From positions 53,061 to 117,060 of IMG/VR virus record IMGVR_UViG_3300016471_000517: a DNA stretch of 64,000 bases; one strand, given 5' to 3'. Both the position numbers and the translations under genes were made by a program. The notes under the pieces are model-generated. The model saw only the letters and a list, made by a program, of their open reading frames with translations, did not search any database and was not told the origin of the DNA. Origin of the DNA: a virus. Shown here in pieces: positions 57,729-64,000 of this stretch. Positions within the stretch are counted from its first letter, which is position 1. The number at the start of each line of letters is the position of its first letter.

Positions 57729-59036
57729 TTATATTTGTTTAAAAAATTTTTGTACTGTCTGTTCAATATAATTCAACTGAACATCTGTTATTACTGGACT
57801 TGTTCCCAAAAAGAAAGTATCGGTTGTTACTTTTCTAGCATTTGGATATTCACTTATTATACTATTTACATCCATTAAACCATCATATGCTGGTTGTAGC
57901 ATAACGCTTCCTGCAAAATATGGTCTTGTTTGAATTTTATTATTCTCTAAAAATTCAACAATATCTTTTCTTTTAAATTTAGAATTATCTTTAATGGTTA
58001 CAGCAAATGCAAACCAACTTGGATCGGAATGATATGTTGCTTTTGGTAATATAAAATATTCTTCATATGGTAAAAATATTTCTACTAATCTAGCATGATT
58101 TTTTTTTCTTTTTTCATTTATCTCTGGGATTTTTTTCATTTGAATCAATCCCATTGCTGCTTGTAATTCTATTGGTTTTAAATTATAACCAATCTCATCA
58201 TAAACATATTTGTGATCAAAAATTTCATCTGGTAATGATGGTAGCCAATTTGAAAATCTTTTTCCACAACAACCATTTTTAAGGAGATTTGCTTTCTCTC
58301 CTACACAATAACATCCACGACCCCACTCTCTAAAACTCCTAATTACGATCTCTTGATCATATGTGTTGCATGCAACAAAACCACCCTCACCCATTGTAAT
58401 ATGGTGTGCTGGATAAAAAGAACAACTAGCAAATTCTCCAAATGATCCGAGTGGTTTGTCTTTATATGTTGATCCTAAAGCATCACAGCAATCTTCTAAA
58501 AGAATTAAATCATAACGTTTTACTATATCCATCAATCGATCCATGTTAGGTGGGTTTCCTAACACATGGGCAAACGTTATAATTTTTGATCCTTGTTTTG
58601 CTTTCTCTTCTACTTGATTTAAATCAAGATTTAAAGAATCTAATTCAATATCTACAAAATCTGGTTCAAATCCTACTTGAAATATTGGATTTAAAGTAGT
58701 AGGAAATCCAGCTATTGGCGTTATTACTTTACTTCCTTTAGGAAAATTGTAAAGTTTTTTTGATGTCATTGCCGACATCATTATTAAATTTGAACTACTT
58801 CCACTATTTGTTAGTATTCCAAAATTTTTATTAAATAATTTTGGAAATGTATTTTCAAATTTAATTCCACTTTGCCCAAGCACTAACCATCCATTTAAAA
58901 GTGCTTCTATGGCGGCAACATATTCTTCTGCAGTAAAATATGGACCAGCATATTTTACTGTATCGTGACCGGGAATCCATGTCTTTTTTTCTTTTTGATT
59001 TATATATTCTTCAACTAATTTTAAAATATGTTCCAC
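57729..59036 (-). CDS. rfbH: NDP-4-keto-6-deoxyhexose 3-dehydrase (E1/RfbH/SpnQ type)
   Basis: NSGSSSNL, SFYPAHHITMGEGG (His in place of Lys), WGRGCYC...CGKRF, DHKY. Confidence 0.9.
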   Translation of the reverse strand: MEHILKLVEEYINQKEKKTWIPGHDTVKYAGPYFTAEEYVAAIEALLNGWLVLGQSGIKFENTFPKLFNKNFGILTNSGSSSNLIMMSAMTSKKLYNFPKGSKVITPIAGFPTTLNPIFQVGFEPDFVDIELDSLNLDLNQVEEKAKQGSKIITFAHVLGNPPNMDRLMDIVKRYDLILLEDCCDALGSTYKDKPLGSFGEFASCSFYPAHHITMGEGGFVACNTYDQEIVIRSFREWGRGCYCVGEKANLLKNGCCGKRFSNWLPSLPDEIFDHKYVYDEIGYNLKPIELQAAMGLIQMKKIPEINEKRKKNHARLVEIFLPYEEYFILPKATYHSDPSWFAFAVTIKDNSKFKRKDIVEFLENNKIQTRPYFAGSVMLQPAYDGLMDVNSIISEYPNARKVTTDTFFLGTSPVITDVQLNYIEQTVQKFFKQI

Positions 59037-59042
59037 AATAGT

Positions 59043-59070
59043 ATTGTACTCTTTTTAATTTAAAAAACAA
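59043..59070 (-). promoter_or_regulatory. sigma70-like promoter TTGTTT-N16-TACAAT
   Basis: 6 nt before GTG. Confidence 0.5.
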
Positions 59071-59074
59071 GTAA

Positions 59075-59839
59075 TTAATTTATAATATTTAATGGTTCTT
59101 TAGACTGTAGTTCTATACTATTTAAAGTATATTGGTGAATAAAATCTCCACTATGTGTAAAGGAATACTTTGAATCTGAATCCAAACAAACATAATCATT
59201 TATATTTGCTGGACATACTGATAAAAAATCTTCGATATGGCAAACTAGGTTATCTATAGGACCATCATAGCCGTTTGTTTCAACATAATTAATTAATTTT
59301 TTAGCCCCTTGTTTTGATAGGCAATATCCCGCAAAACCTTCAAACATTATTAGCTTATTATTTTCTATAACCTTTAATCTGTCGTCCCACTCTGCATTTG
59401 CATATGTTTTTACAAAATTATTTTTATTTTGATAATGAGCAGTTTCTGACTGCAAATATAAAAGATCGTATTTACTGGAGTCGAATGATTTTAAGCATTC
59501 AAATTTAAATGTATTTGAAAATCGACAATCATCTTCACATATCAAATATACTGATTCGTTTTCATCATTTACCAATTCTTCCCATATATTTTTATGCGCC
59601 ATCAATGCAGCAATCTCTCCAAAACGAATCCAAAGTCTATTTGTATATTTTAATAAATTTGTTTTATTTATTAAATATGACTTATCTTTAAAAATAAAAC
59701 CCGGTTGTTTGGTAAATTTTAAATCTTTAATATCAACACCCAATCTATATTGAAAATCAATATTTTTTAATTTAAATATTTCATCTATTTTTTTCTGTCG
59801 ATCAAATGCTTTTGGTAAAGTTATTACTCTAGTTTTCAT
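59075..59839 (-). CDS. GT25 glycosyltransferase
   Basis: VITL...R, GEIAALMAH..IW, ICEDD, GYCLS..GAKKL, PID. Confidence 0.85.
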   Translation of the reverse strand: MKTRVITLPKAFDRQKKIDEIFKLKNIDFQYRLGVDIKDLKFTKQPGFIFKDKSYLINKTNLLKYTNRLWIRFGEIAALMAHKNIWEELVNDENESVYLICEDDCRFSNTFKFECLKSFDSSKYDLLYLQSETAHYQNKNNFVKTYANAEWDDRLKVIENNKLIMFEGFAGYCLSKQGAKKLINYVETNGYDGPIDNLVCHIEDFLSVCPANINDYVCLDSDSKYSFTHSGDFIHQYTLNSIELQSKEPLNIIN

Positions 59840-60702
59840 AATTGAATTGTTCTTTTAATTTTTTGTTTTATTGATTCCAAAGATTGATTTATATCATATT
59901 TAAATATAGGGGAATTTTTTATTTTTTGATAAACATCTTCATTAGAATCAACATATTTGATATATTCTAAACATTCTTCATATGTTTTAAAATTATTAAC
60001 ATATATAAAACAATCTGGATTAAAATCACTTAAAACATAAGAATCACCCCAGTAAATAGGTATACATCCAGCGGTTTTTGCTTGTAAAAATTTTTCAGTA
60101 ACGTATCCAGTTTTATATGTGTTTTCAAATGCCATTGCAAATTTAAAAGAACAAATAGCATCATACTTTCTTAATTGATTTCTATCATCATCACCATTAC
60201 CAAAAGGCAGTCCAAATCCATAAGTTGTTTTATACGTATTTAAAATATTAAAAAAGTCTACTCTGTTTTTATGAATAGCAGAAAATGGAGCTACACAAAA
60301 TTTATCTTTTTGTGTGTTGAACCATTTATTGTTATTCAACTCGTATTGGTTCACCGCTGGAATAGGATTTTTTTGATTTTGAAGATTATAAAAATTTATA
60401 TAAAAATACCAGGCAGGAAATCTTATATTTTTAAGATCCTCTCTATCGGGATCAAATGATAAATGGTAATCCCCATCTTGATACTGAACTGGTTTAGGTT
60501 CAGCCATAAATGTTAATATTTTTGTTTTTGACCTATCTATTTCTGGAGGAACATAATTTTCCGCAACAATACATAAATTACAATCATTAACATCATTAGT
60601 TAATATTAAATCGTTTCCATATATTTCTGATAAAATTGAAATAAATATATTTTCATTATAATTAAAATTTGGCCAAAAATTATGTATACTTAATCGAATC
60701 AT
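59836..60702 (-). CDS. GT10 alpha-1,3-fucosyltransferase-like
   Basis: FKFAMAFEN...GYVTEK...AGCIPIYWG. Confidence 0.88.
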   Translation of the reverse strand: MIRLSIHNFWPNFNYNENIFISILSEIYGNDLILTNDVNDCNLCIVAENYVPPEIDRSKTKILTFMAEPKPVQYQDGDYHLSFDPDREDLKNIRFPAWYFYINFYNLQNQKNPIPAVNQYELNNNKWFNTQKDKFCVAPFSAIHKNRVDFFNILNTYKTTYGFGLPFGNGDDDRNQLRKYDAICSFKFAMAFENTYKTGYVTEKFLQAKTAGCIPIYWGDSYVLSDFNPDCFIYVNNFKTYEECLEYIKYVDSNEDVYQKIKNSPIFKYDINQSLESIKQKIKRTIQL

Positions 60703-61528
60703 TTTTTACACTTTCATATAAACAATCATCTGCTGTTTTTAATTTAGAAACACGATCAAAATTATTTTGAATCGCTGGCATCAAAGAATAATATAAATCA
60801 AAATTTAATAAATCAAGAGACTCTAAATTTTCTATAAAAATAATACCATTTAAATCAAAATCTTCGCCTATTGATGTGTCGCCGTAATATATAGGTACAG
60901 TACCTGTTGCAAAACAATCTGTAATTTTTTCGGTGTAATATTTTGGATAAACACTATTTTCTATTACAATAGAAAACATATAATCTTTTAATCCATCCAA
61001 TTTGTCTGGAATAAATTTATAATCTCTTCCAAAAATATGATCTTTAAAATTTGGATTGTTTTTTAATTTTTCAAACAATTCCATTCTTTTAATATGACCG
61101 GAAGTAAATTGTTTAAAACTAGTGATATAAGAACATAGTTTATTTTTTTCATATATTTTTGGTTCTTTTATCCAAGGCATATTTGATGCTGGTGGATTAT
61201 ATTGAAAAAAATTAGGATCTATATCAATTATTCTTTTATCGTTTGTAAATATTTTTTTATATTTTAATTTTAAAATATCTTTGTTTGATGTAATACCCAT
61301 TATTAATGGTGCTATTATTTCTGTAGATTCGCCTAGCCATCCATATTTTGGCCCACCATAGCCATCATTCATATAACGAAATATGGCTTCATCAAAATAA
61401 ACAATTGGTTCTTTATTTTTTGGATATGTATTAAAGGTCCAATTAAAAAGTTTTGGGGGATTATTTAAACAAGAATGTGTATTAAAAGCGTTTGTAAAAA
61501 TGTGTAACGTACTCATATAATAATCCAA
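60680..61528 (-). CDS. GT10-like glycosyltransferase
   Basis: YMFSIVIEN...YYTEKITDCF..GTVPIYYG. Confidence 0.8.
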   Translation of the reverse strand: MDYYMSTLHIFTNAFNTHSCLNNPPKLFNWTFNTYPKNKEPIVYFDEAIFRYMNDGYGGPKYGWLGESTEIIAPLIMGITSNKDILKLKYKKIFTNDKRIIDIDPNFFQYNPPASNMPWIKEPKIYEKNKLCSYITSFKQFTSGHIKRMELFEKLKNNPNFKDHIFGRDYKFIPDKLDGLKDYMFSIVIENSVYPKYYTEKITDCFATGTVPIYYGDTSIGEDFDLNGIIFIENLESLDLLNFDLYYSLMPAIQNNFDRVSKLKTADDCLYESVKNDSIKYT

Positions 61529-62301
61529 TCACTACAATAAATATCAGACCAATTTTTAGGCATATTCTCGTCTTTTCCAAACCAATCAGACGGTGCTATT
61601 GTTTTTTTACTTTCAGACAACCAAGCCCCCCACCAACTATAACTGCTGTTTGCAAGTATATGATAATCACAAAGAGTCATTAAACACATGTCTGTAAATT
61701 GATCATCTGATTCTGGTGTAAAATACTTTTTACCTAGTGAATCAAATAAATTTTTTGCTAATTCTGGCTCATCGCTAAAAGCACAAATCAACAGATCATC
61801 GGGCAATAAGTCCAAAGCTTCTTTATAATACTCCAATGTGCATATTGGATGTTTGTCTACTAAATTTTTATAATCACCGAGTCTCAAATGAAGAGATATC
61901 AATGGTTCTTTAGTTATGCATCTTATGTCTTTTGCTTTTTCTTTTATTTTATTTTTAAATTCAAATTCTTTTAATAATTGGTTTCTGTAATCTTTAAAAT
62001 ATTTTTCACTCTGAAAATAACCAACAATATCCGTATTATCTTCTATTCCAAAAATTCCAGCATTATATGTAAACTGTCTTTCTTGTTCTCTTTTGTATAC
62101 AAATGTATTTGAACTATCTTTTGCTGATAGATTTAAAAAACATTCATTTAAACAAAAATTTGAGTACGGGTTTTCTGATTTAACTTGATATGGAACTCCA
62201 AACTCGTATCCTCTAGTTTTTGCTATTGAATACAACGTGGCATATTGGAACATTTGGTTTCCCATTCTTCCATATCTACCCAACATGTTAAATGTAATCA
62301 T
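61513..62301 (-). CDS. GT11 alpha-1,2-fucosyltransferase-like
   Basis: GRMGNQMFQYA, GYFQSEKYF, HLRLGDY, ANSSYSWWGAWL. Confidence 0.92.
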   Translation of the reverse strand: MITFNMLGRYGRMGNQMFQYATLYSIAKTRGYEFGVPYQVKSENPYSNFCLNECFLNLSAKDSSNTFVYKREQERQFTYNAGIFGIEDNTDIVGYFQSEKYFKDYRNQLLKEFEFKNKIKEKAKDIRCITKEPLISLHLRLGDYKNLVDKHPICTLEYYKEALDLLPDDLLICAFSDEPELAKNLFDSLGKKYFTPESDDQFTDMCLMTLCDYHILANSSYSWWGAWLSESKKTIAPSDWFGKDENMPKNWSDIYCSDWIII

Positions 62302-62936
62302 GCAAATATTGTGTTTCTATTTTGAAGTGGTCTGTCAGTTAAACCTTGCCACTTATTTGAACTTTGCCTATCATCAGATTGATAGATCAGCGGATTGTTT
62401 GGAGTGTAAACTTTAAAATCTTTTTGTATGCCAGCTGTTCCCAAATCCCAAGGTTTATTCAATGTATAAAGACAATATTCTCCAATATCAGACATTGCCT
62501 TTCTGTATGTTTCCGTAACGTACAAAATGGCATGCGCGGCAAGTATACCAGCAATTCTTAAATAATTTTCATTGTGTTGACATGACCCGTAATACACGTT
62601 ACCATGTGAAATGCCCAGATAAACTCCATCAGAATCATCTGGTATGTCGATTACTGGATTAAAATTTTCAATAAACTCTACATCATCTTCTAAAATTAAT
62701 AAAGGAGTAGAATAAGTTTTATCTTGTAAAATTTGAATATGAGAAGTTCCACACCCCCTAAAATGTGCTATAGATTTATCTGTCCCTGGTGGGGGTGGAA
62801 TAACTACACCAGGTTTTCTATATGTATTTTTAAATGCAAATTTTTTAAATCTAAATTCCATCAATTCTGCATTTTTTGTTGCCGAATCTAAATTTATCCA
62901 AACCACAGGTATTTCACGAAGATCGATGCGCATCAA
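62298..62936 (-). CDS. GT25-like glycosyltransferase
   Basis: WINLD, GCGTSH, ILEDDV. Confidence 0.7.
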   Translation of the reverse strand: MMRIDLREIPVVWINLDSATKNAELMEFRFKKFAFKNTYRKPGVVIPPPPGTDKSIAHFRGCGTSHIQILQDKTYSTPLLILEDDVEFIENFNPVIDIPDDSDGVYLGISHGNVYYGSCQHNENYLRIAGILAAHAILYVTETYRKAMSDIGEYCLYTLNKPWDLGTAGIQKDFKVYTPNNPLIYQSDDRQSSNKWQGLTDRPLQNRNTIFA

Positions 62937-62950
62937 TAGTCCTCAAAGTT

Positions 62951-62978
62951 ATTATAAAGTCTTTTATATAATTGTCAA
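62951..62978 (-). promoter_or_regulatory. sigma70-like promoter TTGACA-N16-TATAAT heading the glycan island
   Basis: Perfect hexamers; GAGGA SD downstream. Confidence 0.8.
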
Positions 62979-63029
62979 ATATATTTATTTGACTTTACTC
63001 TAGAGTTACTTTATATTACATCTTAAAAG

Positions 63030-63467
63030 ATGAATCTAGAGAACCTTAAAGAACTTATTACTAAAGACTCTCAAATAGACTCTACAGAGTTGGGAATAGA
63101 GTCTCTTAAGATACCTCAAATACACTCGAAGTATCTTACAATTTTATCAGATGTCAAATTACTTTTGACAAAACAAAATAACGACCTTGCAATATTAAAA
63201 TTGCGTAAGTGGAAAATTTATACAGGAAAGGCTTCTCAAGAAGAATTAAAACTTTGGGATGAAGAACCTTGTAATTTTACACTCTTAAAAAGCGATGTAG
63301 AACAATTTATAGAAGCAGATCCTAAAGTTATTGAACTTAAATCTAAAGTTGCCGTGAGTGAAATTAAACTTAGAATGGTTGAAGAATTTTTAAAAGGACT
63401 TAACAACAGAAATTTTATGATAAAGTCCGCCATCGATTGGCAGAAAATGATGAACGGAATCATCTAA
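63030..63467 (+). CDS. uvsY: recombination mediator
   Basis: ESLKIPQIHSKY, YTGKA, IKSAIDW; adjacent to uvsW. Confidence 0.9.
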   Translation: MNLENLKELITKDSQIDSTELGIESLKIPQIHSKYLTILSDVKLLLTKQNNDLAILKLRKWKIYTGKASQEELKLWDEEPCNFTLLKSDVEQFIEADPKVIELKSKVAVSEIKLRMVEEFLKGLNNRNFMIKSAIDWQKMMNGII

Positions 63468-63474
63468 ATATTAT

Positions 63475-64000
63475 GTGGATATAGATGTTGAATCTATTGA
63501 TGAAGTAAGATATTACGTAAAAGCAGAAAAAGGAACCAAACAAGAATTGAGAGATTATTTCTCATTCATGGTTCCCGGTGCCCAGTTTATGCCGATGTTT
63601 AAACGTCGCATATGGGATGGAAAAATTCGGCTCTACGATATTCTGTCATCTACTCTTCCTAGAGGGTTAAAATCTTACTTACAAAAATTTTGCACAGATC
63701 GCAAATACACCTTAAATATAAAGGAGAGTAAAAATCCTTTATGCGTAACAGAGGGGCAACTTCAGGCTTTTTACGAATCACTGAAGGTTTCCGTTCGCAA
63801 AAAACCAGTTCAGATGCACACACATCAGGTTCAAGCTATTATGCATGGATTGAACAATCATCGTTCTGTGTTGATATCTCCGACTGGATCTGGAAAAAGT
63901 CTTATTATATACGTCTTGGTTCGATATCTACAAAAGGTATTAAATACCGACCGCAAAATATTGATTTTGGTTCCAACCGTTGGCCTCGTCAATCAGATGG
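63475..64000 (+). CDS. uvsW: DNA helicase, partial (runs off window)
   Basis: Hand-translated ELRDYFSFMVPGAQFMP..WDGKIRL ... SPTGSGKSLIIY ... LVPT. Confidence 0.92.
   Translation, partial: MDIDVESIDEVRYYVKAEKGTKQELRDYFSFMVPGAQFMPMFKRRIWDGKIRLYDILSSTLPRGLKSYLQKFCTDRKYTLNIKESKNPLCVTEGQLQAFYESLKVSVRKKPVQMHTHQVQAIMHGLNNHRSVLISPTGSGKSLIIYVLVRYLQKVLNTDRKILILVPTVGLVNQM

Noticed and set aside
57729-59036. ColD/colitose pathway or a plain DegT aminotransferase
   Set aside because: His replaces the Schiff-base Lys, and the Cys-rich WGRGCYC..CGKRF/DHKY segment fits Fe-S E1/RfbH rather than ColD.
1-64000. Stop-codon reassignment
   Set aside because: Core genes are full length in the standard code and gene packing is tight; no suppressor tRNA seen.

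Overview
A 64-kb segment of a large, AT-rich, T4-like (myovirus) phage genome using the standard genetic code. The right half holds the T4-type replication and late-transcription core: gp61, gp41, uvsX, gp43, regA, gp62/44/45, gp46/47, gp55, uvsY and uvsW, together with class II RNR, thyX and dUTPase. The core is interrupted by a lysis/tail-fibre cassette and by a 13.5-kb glycan-biosynthesis island. That island combines an E1-type 3-dehydrase, a YerE-like ThDP enzyme, a PanB homologue and several fucosyltransferase-like GTs, which suggests a novel branched-chain sugar pathway. The left half is mostly late-promoter-driven hypothetical genes, many with T4 internal-protein-like N-termini. These include a pre-toxin/HEXXH protein, a trypsin-like protease and a protein with Phycisphaerae-type dockerin-like motifs, hinting at a planctomycete host. 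Also present are two tRNAs, a candidate ~90-nt structured late ncRNA, and a recurrent sigma70-like promoter with a 16-nt spacer that appears to drive leaderless mRNAs. All calls come from motif recognition by eye; no searches were run.
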